Source: Candidatus Acidiferrum sp.
GTDB taxonomy: Bacteria > Acidobacteriota > Terriglobia > Acidiferrales > UBA7541
Direction: 5' to 3'
NCBI GenBank assembly: GCA_035314345.1
Contig: DATFZQ010000068.1
Location: 7,765 to 71,764, forward strand
Length of the DNA: 64,000 nucleotides
The notes beneath the pieces are model-generated. The model was not told where the DNA came from. It worked only from the letters and a program-made list of their open reading frames with translations, and did no database searches. A program made the position numbers and the translations under genes. This document shows positions 1-9,801 of the stretch, piece after piece; the first letter of the stretch is position 1, and each line of letters opens with the position of its first letter.

Positions 1-89
1 CTGTGATCTCCATCACAGCCACATGCAACTACCAGCAGTACCTTTCGACCCAACCTGAGTTAAACGAAAAGAAGTGGGGTGCTTGTGCC

Positions 90-254
90 GTGTATAGCGT
101 GTTCAAGAAACTTGAGAACGACGAGTTCGTACACGTAGCCTCCCGCGAAGACCTTGAACAGGCTCTGCAACTCGTGGAAGCACTTAACGCCCACTGGCCC
201 GCAGAATATGTAGTGAGGGATTCGGCTGGAAACGCAGTAGACCTCACAGAATAA
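90..254 (+). CDS. Small hypothetical protein (54 aa)
   Basis: In-frame GTG at 90 inside ORF 3..254; globular-looking sequence (MYSVFKKLENDEFVHVASREDLEQALQLVEALNAHWPAEYVVRD). Confidence 0.55.
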   Translation: MYSVFKKLENDEFVHVASREDLEQALQLVEALNAHWPAEYVVRDSAGNAVDLTE

Positions 255-624
255 TCAGTGATTTAACCCAGACCTGGTGCTGTGTCACCCATCAAGAGCT
301 AGGCTACTGCCTGGTAAGTCGCGCGGGGGCAATTGGGCTTCGCCTGGTTTCGCCAGATGGTTTCCTGGTGCTAACGCCCCCACGCTCCGCGAGCGCCCCA
401 ATCCCAGCTAGTCGACTATCCCGACGAGGTGCAGCGAAAGCCTTGCGCCCCGATTCGTAGGGATTTGGATTGTCCTTTGGAATGGTCCTAGTGGCTGATT
501 TGCTCGCAACGATTAATATGTCATTGAGCAAAGCCTTTTCTCAACCCAATTCTGTTCGAGTATTCTGGTTGCAGAGGCAGCAACCATCTCAAGCGAAAAG
601 CAAGATCGTAACCCGTATCCCACT

Positions 625-3063
625 GTGGCCGGGCAGAGTGGGTCTGTTCAGCTATTGGACGCGCAACAGAGCATGGCCGCGGCCGCCGCTCCATTCAGAT
701 GGTTTTCTCCCGCCGAACAGCCACCCGATTCCGGTGAAATCGATAGTCACCACACCCTCCTCGTTCTCGTGCATCGGATTTACTCCCAGCACCTGACCGG
801 CAAGTTGCAACTGGTCTTTGGACGGGTGGAAAAGGCGCTCTTTTTCGATGCCGGGGAACTGGTGTTTGCGACGAGCAGCGACAGGCAGGATGGGCTCGGC
901 GAAGTGATGCTTCGCGCCGGAGCCCTGACCCAGAGGCAGTTTGAGGAGGCGTCGACGCTCGTCGAGACGGGCCAACGCTTTGGTTCTGCAATTGCCGAGA
1001 TGGGGATCTATGGAGTCGAGCAGATTGTCAGCTGGGTGCAACGCCAGGTCCTGCAAATCACCGTTCCCGTGCTCGACTATCCTGCCGGGCGCTACTTTTT
1101 CTTCAGCTCTCTTGAAAAAAATGTGGTCCCGGAAATCGGCGTCCCTGTGCCGCTGGGAAGGCTGCTCTTGGCGGCCGTGCGCAAAGCCGGTGACCTGCCT
1201 CTGGACCAACTCGCCGAGGACGCCGATCTTCAGGTTGAGCTCTCGTCTGACGCGCTGCGCCTTTTTAAGGCCGAGGACCTGGAAGATGGAGAGCGGCACT
1301 TGCTCAGCCTCATCTCCCAACACATTTCGGCCAAACACGTCGTCGCACAAAGTGGGTTGCCCAGGCCCGAAGCTTCTCGCGCGCTCTATGCCCTGCTGCT
1401 CTTGGGATATGTGGTCGGTGTACCGGACCATGTACGGCCGAAACCAGAGCCTGTCGTTCCCAATCCGCCTGCGGCGCCCGAACAACCGAGAGCAGTCGAA
1501 GCTTCCAGCGCCACGAAAATTCCAGAACAGCGGACTGTGGATGTCTCAGTCCCCGCGGAGGAAGCGACAGCGAAGGCAAACGAAGCGCCTTCCGTAGGAG
1601 ACATCAAGCACGCGCAGCCTCACGTCGAACAGACACCGGGCGATCCGGAGGAACCGAAAGAAACGGAAGCACCTCCTACGACGCCCCTCCCGCTTCTGAA
1701 ACCGAATGCGATCTCACGCGAAGTGCCGGTGCGAGCGACTGGTATTTCACTGGACAAGAATGAGCCGGGGCACCATCTTTTCAACGAAGAAACTACTTCT
1801 GTCCTGGTGACTGAAACTGGCGGGGTGATTCGATTGTCTGCCGCGGTGACCGCCGGGCAGCTGCTGGTTCTCGCCAACGTGGAAACCAAGCACGAAGTGA
1901 TCGTCCAGATACTGCGGAAGCGCTCCTACAAACCGACCATGTGCTATCTGGAGGTTGAGTTTGTCGAGACTTCACCGCGGTTCTGGGGCACGGAGTTTTC
2001 GGCGGCGACGGCTTTGCTGCCGAAGAACACTCAGGATGTGGAAACGGCCGCGCTGGTGATCACCGCCGAGGCCACCGCTGACCAACCCTGGATTTTGCCA
2101 ACTGCGCCCGACGCGAGCGAACTGCAAATGTTCAAGCGGGAAGTGGAAGCGAGTGCCCTGGCGCAGCTGAGAGGCGAAGTTTACCTGGCATCTGCGATCC
2201 CTGAGCCGGGCGACCCGTTGAGTACGGAAGCGATTCTCGAAAGCGGGCTGGATGCGGCGAGTGCGGTTGCGCCAACCAAACGCGCTGCGGGTCCGCCGCC
2301 ATCGGAAGCGGCTGAGCAAATGGAGACGCCGCAACCGGTTAGCGATTTTATCAATTCATTGCCGAAGTCGAAGCGATGGCGCTTGCCGCGCGGCGGCTTC
2401 ACCCCCGAATTTAATCGGGCAGTGCTTATGCTGGCGATTCTGCTGGTGGTGCTAGGGGTTGGCACGGCTTGGTTCAAGAATTGGCTGCCCTGGAAGTCGG
2501 CGGGAGCAAAGCCCAAGAAACCTGCAGCATACGACAATATGAGAGTGGCAAGCGATGCTCCGGTGACTTCGGCAGGGATGCCTGCGAAAAGCGCGCCGGT
2601 GTCCGATCCGGACGCGACGGCCCCTGCGGATGGAAGTGCGGCACCTGTGGAAGCAGCCTTGTCGGGTGCCTCGGTTGAACCGTTGGCATCGAGGAAAAAA
2701 GCGTCTCGCGCAATGACGGCGGCGAAGGCCTCATCCGTTCGGCCTGCGGCGAAACCTGCAGCGAATTCGGAAGCGAATTCCGGGAAAGACAGTGCTGTCG
2801 TCCCGCCAAAATTGATTCAATCGGTGCAAGCGGTGGCTTCGCTGGAAGCTATGCGGGATTTCGAAAGGGGAAATGTGGTTATCGATGCCGTCGTGGGTAC
2901 GTCGGGCGAGGTGCATTTCATCAGCGTGATCTCCGGGCCTCCGTCACTGCGCGATCCCGCGGTGGAATCCTTGAAGCAATACAGGTACGAACCAGCAACG
3001 CGGAACGGCCAGCCCGTTCCCGCGCACGTTACGATCACCATTCACTTCCGCTTCGAACCCTAA
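625..3063 (+). CDS. DUF4388 / PilZ-like / TM / TonB C-terminal multidomain protein
   Basis: N-terminal LTGKLQL..EKALFFDAGELVFATSS..GLGEVMLRAG (DUF4388-like); central EETTSVLVTETGGVIRLS..LEVEF..FWG (PilZ-like); TM VLMLAILLVVLGVGTAWF; C-terminal GNVVIDAVVGTSGEV..QYRYEPATRNGQPV (TonB_C). Start uncertain. Confidence 0.75.
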   Translation: MAGQSGSVQLLDAQQSMAAAAAPFRWFSPAEQPPDSGEIDSHHTLLVLVHRIYSQHLTGKLQLVFGRVEKALFFDAGELVFATSSDRQDGLGEVMLRAGALTQRQFEEASTLVETGQRFGSAIAEMGIYGVEQIVSWVQRQVLQITVPVLDYPAGRYFFFSSLEKNVVPEIGVPVPLGRLLLAAVRKAGDLPLDQLAEDADLQVELSSDALRLFKAEDLEDGERHLLSLISQHISAKHVVAQSGLPRPEASRALYALLLLGYVVGVPDHVRPKPEPVVPNPPAAPEQPRAVEASSATKIPEQRTVDVSVPAEEATAKANEAPSVGDIKHAQPHVEQTPGDPEEPKETEAPPTTPLPLLKPNAISREVPVRATGISLDKNEPGHHLFNEETTSVLVTETGGVIRLSAAVTAGQLLVLANVETKHEVIVQILRKRSYKPTMCYLEVEFVETSPRFWGTEFSAATALLPKNTQDVETAALVITAEATADQPWILPTAPDASELQMFKREVEASALAQLRGEVYLASAIPEPGDPLSTEAILESGLDAASAVAPTKRAAGPPPSEAAEQMETPQPVSDFINSLPKSKRWRLPRGGFTPEFNRAVLMLAILLVVLGVGTAWFKNWLPWKSAGAKPKKPAAYDNMRVASDAPVTSAGMPAKSAPVSDPDATAPADGSAAPVEAALSGASVEPLASRKKASRAMTAAKASSVRPAAKPAANSEANSGKDSAVVPPKLIQSVQAVASLEAMRDFERGNVVIDAVVGTSGEVHFISVISGPPSLRDPAVESLKQYRYEPATRNGQPVPAHVTITIHFRFEP

Positions 3064-3224
3064 AGAGTCTGAGCGCAGGCGCAATGCGTCAGCAGTTGCA
3101 TCAAAATAGTCCGGCTGCTGGTTGACACGCAGACCGTCCTCCCGCCTCGCTGAAATCTCTGTGTACCCGCCGTGTACCTCACTTTGGCGAATTCGCTGTT
3201 TTTATTGTTTCTGACGTTTAGTAG

Positions 3225-3237
3225 AATCAGTAAGTTA
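3225..3237 (+). promoter_or_regulatory. IHF-type binding site next to att site
   Basis: AATCAGTAAGTTA matches WATCAR-N4-TTR, with an AT-rich tract upstream. Confidence 0.55.
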
Positions 3238-3263
3238 CGTGGAATCAGCGGGGCTCAGAATTC

Positions 3264-3284
3264 CGACTCCCCCCGCCTCCACCA
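3264..3284 (+). mobile_element. tmRNA (ssrA) 3'-end fragment, probable att site of an integrated element
   Basis: CGACTCCCCCCGCCTCCACCA = partial T-loop, T-stem 3' strand and acceptor strand that pairs with GGGGGCG (G3:U70), ending ACCA. The 5' part of the gene is absent. Confidence 0.75.
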
Positions 3285-3372
3285 TAATCGATTCTGAGCA
3301 CCGCTGCCGGTGCGCGAGTTTGTTCGTCGCTCCACTGCTTCGGACTGGGTTTTTTCGATCTTACAAACGCCG

Positions 3373-4023
3373 ATGTTTACGCCGCTTGTCGATCTCGCTG
3401 ACCCTCCCGTTCGCGGCTTCTTGCACGCGCCTTCACAGCCAAGCCACGGCGCAATTGTGCTCACACATGGCGCGGGCGCAAACTGCCAATCCAAATTGCT
3501 GATCGAGATGTCGGACGCATTTGCCGCGGCTGGTTTCGCCGTGCTGCGTTTTGATTTGCCGTTTCGCTCCGAGCGCCCGACCGGGCCACCTCGGCCTGGC
3601 GGCGCTGCCAGGGACCGCGAGGGTTTGCGGCGAGCCGTTGGGCTCATGAAAGAGAGAGCCCGCGGACCTATGTTTCTGGGCGGCCATTCTTACGGCGGAC
3701 GGCAATCTACTATCCTCATCTCGGAGGATTCTCAGTTAGTCGGCGGCTTGCTGCTTCTCTCGTATCCGCTTCATCCTCCGCGAAAGCCCGCGCAACTCCG
3801 CACCAGTCATTTCCCGAAGCTAAGAACGCCCTCGTTCTTCGTCCACGGAACGCGCGATCCCTTCGGCACGATTCCGGAAATGAAATCCGCTCTCGAGATG
3901 ATCCCGGCTGCGCACGTCCTCTTTGAAGTCGAAGAAGCGAGCCACGACCTTCTCACCAAGAAGACTCTCGGCGAATTACCTGCGCGAGTTGTAAGTGAAT
4001 TTCAGACCTTCGTTAAAAAATAG
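3373..4023 (+). CDS. Alpha/beta hydrolase (KANL3/Tex30-like)
   Basis: LTHGAG, GGHSYGGR nucleophile elbow, LSYPLHPP, HGTRDPFG, ASHDL triad motifs; ATG at 3373. Confidence 0.85.
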   Translation: MFTPLVDLADPPVRGFLHAPSQPSHGAIVLTHGAGANCQSKLLIEMSDAFAAAGFAVLRFDLPFRSERPTGPPRPGGAARDREGLRRAVGLMKERARGPMFLGGHSYGGRQSTILISEDSQLVGGLLLLSYPLHPPRKPAQLRTSHFPKLRTPSFFVHGTRDPFGTIPEMKSALEMIPAAHVLFEVEEASHDLLTKKTLGELPARVVSEFQTFVKK

Positions 4024-4108
4024 ACTGAGTGCGTTATTTACAAACTACTGGCGAGCTCGGCCTTTTCGCGATCGCGACAGACTGGGACAACAGAGCTGCG
4101 CAACAACC

Positions 4109-4378
4109 TCAGTCGCCAAATCTTTCAGCCGCGCGGGCTTTGGCTTTTGCCGCGACTTCCTCGCGATTCTTCGGCGGAGCAGTGGTTTCAAGGGAGCGAA
4201 TCAAACGACCCGACACTTCGGCTATTTCGTCCACCGCCGCCAAAAACGCGGCTTCGTTTGCCTGCGACGGCTTGTTAAAACCGGTGATCTTTCTTACGAA
4301 CTGCAGCGAAGCAGCTCGCACCTCTTCTTTCGTAACCGGCGGATCAAAATTGAAAAGTGGTCTGATGTTCCTGCACAT
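4109..4378 (-). CDS. DUF2277 family protein
   Basis: MCRNIRPLFNFDPPVTKEEVRAASLQFVRKITGFNKPSQANEAAF signature. Confidence 0.85.
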   Translation of the reverse strand: MCRNIRPLFNFDPPVTKEEVRAASLQFVRKITGFNKPSQANEAAFLAAVDEIAEVSGRLIRSLETTAPPKNREEVAAKAKARAAERFGD

Positions 4379-4451
4379 TGCTTCCGACACCTTTCCTTGT
4401 TTTGGTAAGGCCGTTTGGTAGCGGCTGACTGCGTTCCAGCGCAGTCCGTTC

Positions 4452-5336
4452 TTACGATCTGCCGACCGACTTCCCCATCTTGGAGGATGCGAGGCGCTGA
4501 CGCGCGTAACCACACCAGGGGCTCGCGGGATCCAGCTTGATGTAGGTTTCCCAATGTCGTTGCGCTTCGTTGTGCGCGCCCAGCTTTTCGCAGACAAACG
4601 CCAGGTTATAGTGCGCGTCCGGATAACTTGGATCGAGGCGAACCGCGTGGCGCAGGTGCAACCGCGCTGCCTCTAACCTTCCCACTTCTTCCAATACGCT
4701 TCCTAGATTGAAGTGCGCCAAAGCGTTCTCGGGATCCGCTTGCAGGGCACGCTCAAAATATTCCGCTGCTCTTTTGAGATTTCCTTCTTCGTAGAAGAGC
4801 GTCCCGCAGTTGAGCAAGGCGTCGAGCTTCTGAGGATCAATGCACAAGGCATGATCATACGCATCGATCGCTTCGGCCCTGGTCTCGTCTGCCGAGTCAT
4901 ACTCGAGGGCAGAGGCAAGCCACTCGTCGGCACTCGGCCCCGGCTTGGCGATCACACGCACTCGTTCGCGAAGTTCGCTAGTCTCAAAGTTCATTGCGAA
5001 CTGGCCTGACAGCGGCTCCAGGCGGGCGCCGCCATGCTCTACAAGGATATCTTTTCCATCGGAAATAATCCGAAGCTCCGCGAGCGGCGCCTGCGCGTGA
5101 GACAGCTTTTCTCGAAGCGCCACCAAAGCGTGTCGCAATCGGCTGGCAGGCACTCCTTCTTCGACCAATTGCTTGACCGTGCGCAGGCCAATCAGATCGC
5201 GAAAATCGTAAAAGCGGCTTCCTTCTTCTTTACGGGGAGAAACGAGGCGCAGGCGGTCCCAGTAATCTAACTGCTTCCCGGTCAGACCCACGATCCGCTG
5301 CACGTCTTCCGGGCTGAATCTGTCCATTGCACTCAT
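4452..5336 (-). CDS. MerR-type HTH + TPR repeat protein
   Basis: FSPEDVQRIVGLTGKQLDYWDRLRLVSP..RFYDFRDL (MerR HTH); C-terminal TPRs (ALAHFNLGSVL, DAHYNLAFV); starts 6 nt after the ku stop. Confidence 0.85.
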   Translation of the reverse strand: MSAMDRFSPEDVQRIVGLTGKQLDYWDRLRLVSPRKEEGSRFYDFRDLIGLRTVKQLVEEGVPASRLRHALVALREKLSHAQAPLAELRIISDGKDILVEHGGARLEPLSGQFAMNFETSELRERVRVIAKPGPSADEWLASALEYDSADETRAEAIDAYDHALCIDPQKLDALLNCGTLFYEEGNLKRAAEYFERALQADPENALAHFNLGSVLEEVGRLEAARLHLRHAVRLDPSYPDAHYNLAFVCEKLGAHNEAQRHWETYIKLDPASPWCGYARQRLASSKMGKSVGRS

Positions 5337-5342
5337 TGAAAA

Positions 5343-6212
5343 TTAGCCGGCGGCCTTTTTCCCCGCCTTTTTCTGAACCACTGCAACTGGCTGCAAAGCG
5401 CGAGTCGGCGGCTTTTTCCCCACCGGCGCCGCCGAAGTAGCAGCAGGAGACTGCTTTTCCGCCAAGCTCTTTTTGAGAGCCTCCATCAAGTCGATCACCG
5501 GAGCCATGTGAGGCTGCGCCGCCTGGGTCACTTCCTGTCCCTTGAGCTTGGCGTTGATCATCCCCCGGACGTTTTCCATATACTCGTCGCGATACTTCTG
5601 CGGTTCGAAGGGAGCCGCGAGGCTCTGAATGAGTTGCTCCGCGAGCTTCTTTTCCTGATCTTTCAGCTCGACCTTATCCGTCGAAACGGACTCCGCCGCG
5701 CGAATCTCGTTCGAATAGAACATCGTGTGCAGCGTCATCCCCTTCTTGCCAGGTCGAATGATCACGATGTGTTCACGCTGATGCATGGTGAGCTTCGCGA
5801 TGGCCGCATGGCCGGACTCTTCCATGGCCTTCATCAGCAGTTGATAGGCTTTTACGCCGGCGTCTTCCGGAGCGACGTAATACGAGGAATCGAAGTACAG
5901 CGGATCTAGTTCATCGAGCTTCACGAATTCCAGAATCTCCATGACGTGCGCGGAAGGAGGCTCGATCTTGTCCAACTCTTCTTCGCTAAACAAAACGTAT
6001 TGATCCTTTTCGTGCTCGTAGCCTTTCACGATCTCGGACCGCTCCACATTCCGGTTGCAAACCGGGCAAAACAGCGGCTGCTTCAGCCGTGAATGGCACT
6101 CCTTATGGAGCTGGTTGAAACTGATTCGTTCCCCGCGCGCCGCAGCAGATATCCGCACCGGGATCGAAATCAGACCAAAGGTGAGGTGGCCCTTCCATAC
6201 GCTCGTGGCCAT
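5343..6212 (-). CDS. ku: NHEJ DNA end-binding protein Ku
   Basis: MATSVWKGHLTFGLISIPV, FNQLH, IVKGYE, VIDLMEALKKSL, basic C-terminal tail; AAGGAG SD before ATG 6212. Confidence 0.95.
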   Translation of the reverse strand: MATSVWKGHLTFGLISIPVRISAAARGERISFNQLHKECHSRLKQPLFCPVCNRNVERSEIVKGYEHEKDQYVLFSEEELDKIEPPSAHVMEILEFVKLDELDPLYFDSSYYVAPEDAGVKAYQLLMKAMEESGHAAIAKLTMHQREHIVIIRPGKKGMTLHTMFYSNEIRAAESVSTDKVELKDQEKKLAEQLIQSLAAPFEPQKYRDEYMENVRGMINAKLKGQEVTQAAQPHMAPVIDLMEALKKSLAEKQSPAATSAAPVGKKPPTRALQPVAVVQKKAGKKAAG

Positions 6213-6376
6213 TTTAAGCACTCCTTGAGCAAAGGCTAAACATGGGCATGCGCTTCTAAGATTAGCCGCGCTCCGCGGCCAGAGGCAAGACGAATTCTTC
6301 GGTTTCTGCGTATCAGTCAGCGATTCAGGAATCCTCGGGAAACCGCCCAGCACCTCTCTGGGATAGAATGCGCTCC

Positions 6377-9106
6377 ATGGCCAAGCTGGAAGAATATAGG
6401 AAGAAGCGCCGCTTCGACCGGACGGCGGAGCCATTCGGCGAGCCGGAACGCCCCGACCAGGCGCCGAAATCGGAGGCAGAGGGAAAGCGCAAGCGTCTGC
6501 CCAATCCGAAGCTGTCTCTGTTGGAAATCCCCGCAGAGGCCAGGCACGGAAACACGTTTGTGGTGCAGAAGCACCGCGCAACGCGGCTGCACTATGACTT
6601 TCGGTTGGCGATCAACGGCGCATTGGTCTCTTGGGCGGTGCCGAAAGGCCCGTCGTTGAATTCCGCGGACAAGCGGCTCGCCGTACAGACTGAAGATCAT
6701 CCACTCGAGTACGGCCGCTTTGAAGGCAAAATTCCCGAAGGCAGCTACGGCGCGGGAACAGTCATGGTGTGGGACCGCGGAACTTTCGCCGTGGAAAACC
6801 TGCCGGGACGCAATTTGGACGCAGCACAACAACTCCAGAAGGGCGAAATCAAGTTCAGCTTAAACGGAGAAAAGCTACGCGGAAGTTTTGTGCTGGTGAG
6901 GCTGAAGAAAAGCGAAAAGGGCAATGAATGGCTGATGATCAAGCACAAAGACGCCGCCGAGGATCCCGCTTGGAACGTTGACAAACATGACGGCTCCGTC
7001 TTAACCGGCAGGACCATCGAAGAAATCAAGGAAGAGCTGCCACCCAAGCGGAGCCCAAGCCCTCTTCGCCCGGACGAGTTACAAGATGCGCGGAAAGCCC
7101 CCATGCCGTCTCGCCTCGAACCGATGCTCGCAACCATCGGCGACCATCCTTTTTCCGATCCCAACTGGCTGTTCGAGATCAAATGGGATGGCGTCCGCGC
7201 GCTCGCCTGGATCGAAAATGGGGCTCTGACGCTGCGGGCCCGCAGCGGCGCCGAGATCACCGGGCGCTATCCCGAACTCGCCTCGCTCCCAGCAGCGATC
7301 TCCGCTCGCCAAGCCATCCTCGATGGAGAAATTGCCGCTATCGACGCTCACGGTCGCAGTGACTTTGGTCTCTTGCAGGAACGCATGCACGTGCGTGCTC
7401 CCGCCGAAAACCTAATCTCGCGCGTCCCCGTCGTTTTCTTCGCCTTCGATCTTCTCTATTGCGACGGATACGACCTCCGCAGGTCGCCGCTCATCGAACG
7501 CAAGCAACTCCTTCAGCGCCTGCTGCACACTTCCGATAGATTTCGCTTCTCCGATCATCAACTGGAACGCGGAAAAGAAATCTTTGAGTTAGCCAAAGAG
7601 AACGGCCTCGAAGGTATCGTCGCCAAGCGGCTCGACAGCCTCTACGTCTCCGAACGCAGCACGAGTTGGGTCAAACTCAAAGTGACCCAAACGCTCGATG
7701 CGGTCATCGGTGGATGGACCGCCGCTCGCACCACGGCTATCCCGCTCGGCTCGCTCCTTTTGGGCCTCTATCAAGGTAAGAAACTTCGTTTTATCGGTCA
7801 TGTCGGTTCGGGTTTCGACGGCAAAAAGCTGGAAGAACTGAGTAGCAAGTTAAAGGCGTTGGCCTCTTCCTCGTGCCCGTTCGATGTAGTGCCCGAAACA
7901 AACGAGAAACCCTCCTGGGTTTCGCCCACGCTGGTTGCGCGCGTCAAGTTCAGCGGCTGGACACAAGAACACTCCCTCCGTCACCCCGTTTTCATCGCCC
8001 TTCGCGAGGATGTTCGTCCCGCTGACTGCCAATGGGAGAGCGAAGTCGCCGCCACCAATCCTGATTCCGTTCCCGCTGGCGTCCCTGCCGCGGTAGTCCG
8101 CGCGCCCGCGGTCGTGGGCCGCGTGATCAGCAAGAAAGCGCAAATCGAAGAAGAATTGTTTGCAGGCCGCGCGGAAACCGTCACCATCGAACTCGACGGC
8201 AAACGTCTCCGCCTAAGCAACCTGAACAAAGTTTATTTTCCGGAGTCCGGCTACACGAAACGCAACCTGCTTGCGTACTACTACCAAGTGGCCGACTACA
8301 TCCTGCCTTTTCTGCGCGGACGCGCTCTGGTCTTGCGCCGCTACCCCGACGGCATCAATGGCCAGGCCTTTTTTCAGAAAGATGTCCGTGAGGGTTTGCC
8401 CGAGTGGTTCAAGGCCGTACCCATCGACTCCGAAGGCCGGGGCAAAGAAATTCACTACGCCACCGCCGACGACCGCGCCTCGCTTCTCTTCCTGACCGGT
8501 CTTGGCTGCATCGACCACAATCCGTGGTCCAACCGCACCGACGACTTTGATCATCCCGATTATTTCTTCTTCGATCTCGATCCATCGGACGGCACGGAGT
8601 TTTCCGTGGTGGTTACGATTGCCCAAGCGCTTCATAAAGCGCTCGAAGAATTGCACGTCGCTCATTTCCTGAAAACATCCGGCGCCACCGGCTTTCACAT
8701 CTACGTCCCCGTCGAACCGGTCTATACCTACGAGCAGCTAAGAACTTTTGCCGAGATCATCGCCCGCAACGTAACCGCAGAGCATGCCAATCTTGTAACC
8801 AGCGAGCGCATTGTCGCGAAGCGTCCCGCCGGCCGCGTCCTGATCGACGTCCAGCAGAACGCTCACGGCCGCCCACTGGCCGCCGCCTATTCGGTCCGCG
8901 CCTTTCCGAAGGCCCCGGTTTCAACACCCGTTCTGCCCCGCGAACTTCGTACCAGCCTCAAGCCCGAATCCCTCAACCTAAAAACAGTCGCCGCCCGTCT
9001 AAAAGAAAAAGGCGATTTGTGGGCTGATTTTTGGAAGAAACGTCAGAGACTGGAGCACGCTGTCGAACTTCTCAGCGAACGCCTGACGGCAAAAAAGAGA
9101 AAATGA
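6377..9106 (+). CDS. ligD: DNA ligase D (phosphoesterase-ligase-polymerase)
   Basis: PE FVVQKHRATRLHYDFRL; ligase EIKWDG, EGIVAK, WVKLK; POL FDLDP, KTSGATGFHIYVP. Confidence 0.95.
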   Translation: MAKLEEYRKKRRFDRTAEPFGEPERPDQAPKSEAEGKRKRLPNPKLSLLEIPAEARHGNTFVVQKHRATRLHYDFRLAINGALVSWAVPKGPSLNSADKRLAVQTEDHPLEYGRFEGKIPEGSYGAGTVMVWDRGTFAVENLPGRNLDAAQQLQKGEIKFSLNGEKLRGSFVLVRLKKSEKGNEWLMIKHKDAAEDPAWNVDKHDGSVLTGRTIEEIKEELPPKRSPSPLRPDELQDARKAPMPSRLEPMLATIGDHPFSDPNWLFEIKWDGVRALAWIENGALTLRARSGAEITGRYPELASLPAAISARQAILDGEIAAIDAHGRSDFGLLQERMHVRAPAENLISRVPVVFFAFDLLYCDGYDLRRSPLIERKQLLQRLLHTSDRFRFSDHQLERGKEIFELAKENGLEGIVAKRLDSLYVSERSTSWVKLKVTQTLDAVIGGWTAARTTAIPLGSLLLGLYQGKKLRFIGHVGSGFDGKKLEELSSKLKALASSSCPFDVVPETNEKPSWVSPTLVARVKFSGWTQEHSLRHPVFIALREDVRPADCQWESEVAATNPDSVPAGVPAAVVRAPAVVGRVISKKAQIEEELFAGRAETVTIELDGKRLRLSNLNKVYFPESGYTKRNLLAYYYQVADYILPFLRGRALVLRRYPDGINGQAFFQKDVREGLPEWFKAVPIDSEGRGKEIHYATADDRASLLFLTGLGCIDHNPWSNRTDDFDHPDYFFFDLDPSDGTEFSVVVTIAQALHKALEELHVAHFLKTSGATGFHIYVPVEPVYTYEQLRTFAEIIARNVTAEHANLVTSERIVAKRPAGRVLIDVQQNAHGRPLAAAYSVRAFPKAPVSTPVLPRELRTSLKPESLNLKTVAARLKEKGDLWADFWKKRQRLEHAVELLSERLTAKKRK
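8999..9081 (+). repeat. Copy 1 of 83-bp direct repeat (ligD 3' end)
   Basis: 75/83 identical to 10518-10600 by manual alignment. Confidence 0.9.
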
Positions 9107-9235
9107 TCCTATTTGAGAATGTCGACTCTACCCCAGCCAGTCTCCGTGCTATCGTGAATTGAAAACTGAATCCAAGCTGACGCGGAACGGGGCTGGACAA
9201 CGCCCAAAATCCTTCGGTACGCTGACCCGGAAGCA

Positions 9236-9745
9236 GTGAACGCTCCTTTGGATCACTTTCTTAACTGCATGAATCAGATCGTGCCTCTGTATACGGCGGC
9301 CTTTCAAGGCGGCGCCCCCACTATCCTAATGTCGCTGAAACCAGGTGAAAACGGGAAACAGGCTGCAGGCGATTTGGATGGATTCTTCATCTATGATCTC
9401 GGAGGCTTCCGTTTCATCCCGTATGAAATTCTTATGAAGCTTCCGAGCGAGCGGCCGGTTCGCATAGCGCTAGATATGAGGGTAATGGAATCCAAACTGA
9501 TTACGAAGACTCCAGTCCAGATGCCCCAGGAAGCGCTCAAAAAACGTATCGGTGGTCGTGTGGTCGTCCAATTGATCCTTGATGTGCGCGGGAACATCAA
9601 AGAACTGAAGGTACTCGAAGGTAACCCGATCCTGAGTGCCGCTGTCTTAGACTCCGTTAAACAGTGGCGTTTTGGGCCGACGAAGTCGGACGGCGACCCG
9701 GTTGAGGTAGATCTGCGAGTTCCGTTCAGCTTTGACTTCTTCTAG
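9236..9745 (+). CDS. TonB C-terminal domain protein, probably 5'-truncated
   Basis: GRVVVQLILDVRGNIKELKVLEG..VKQWRFGPTKSDGDPVEV; no signal peptide or TM; frame open back to 9170 without another start. Confidence 0.65.
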   Translation: MNAPLDHFLNCMNQIVPLYTAAFQGGAPTILMSLKPGENGKQAAGDLDGFFIYDLGGFRFIPYEILMKLPSERPVRIALDMRVMESKLITKTPVQMPQEALKKRIGGRVVVQLILDVRGNIKELKVLEGNPILSAAVLDSVKQWRFGPTKSDGDPVEVDLRVPFSFDFF

Positions 9746-9801
9746 TGCAGCGTTTTTCTACCGTACTCCGATTATGATTAAATGCCAGAGGGAGGTGCAA
9801 C

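Noticed and set aside
3241-3290. Complete tRNA-Ala or tmRNA gene
   Set aside because: Only the 3' 21 nt match; no 5' acceptor strand, D arm or T-stem 5' strand upstream
6213-6581. 123-aa N-terminal extension of Ku in the ORF track
   Set aside because: Overlaps ligD on the opposite strand; Ku homology and SD begin at 6212
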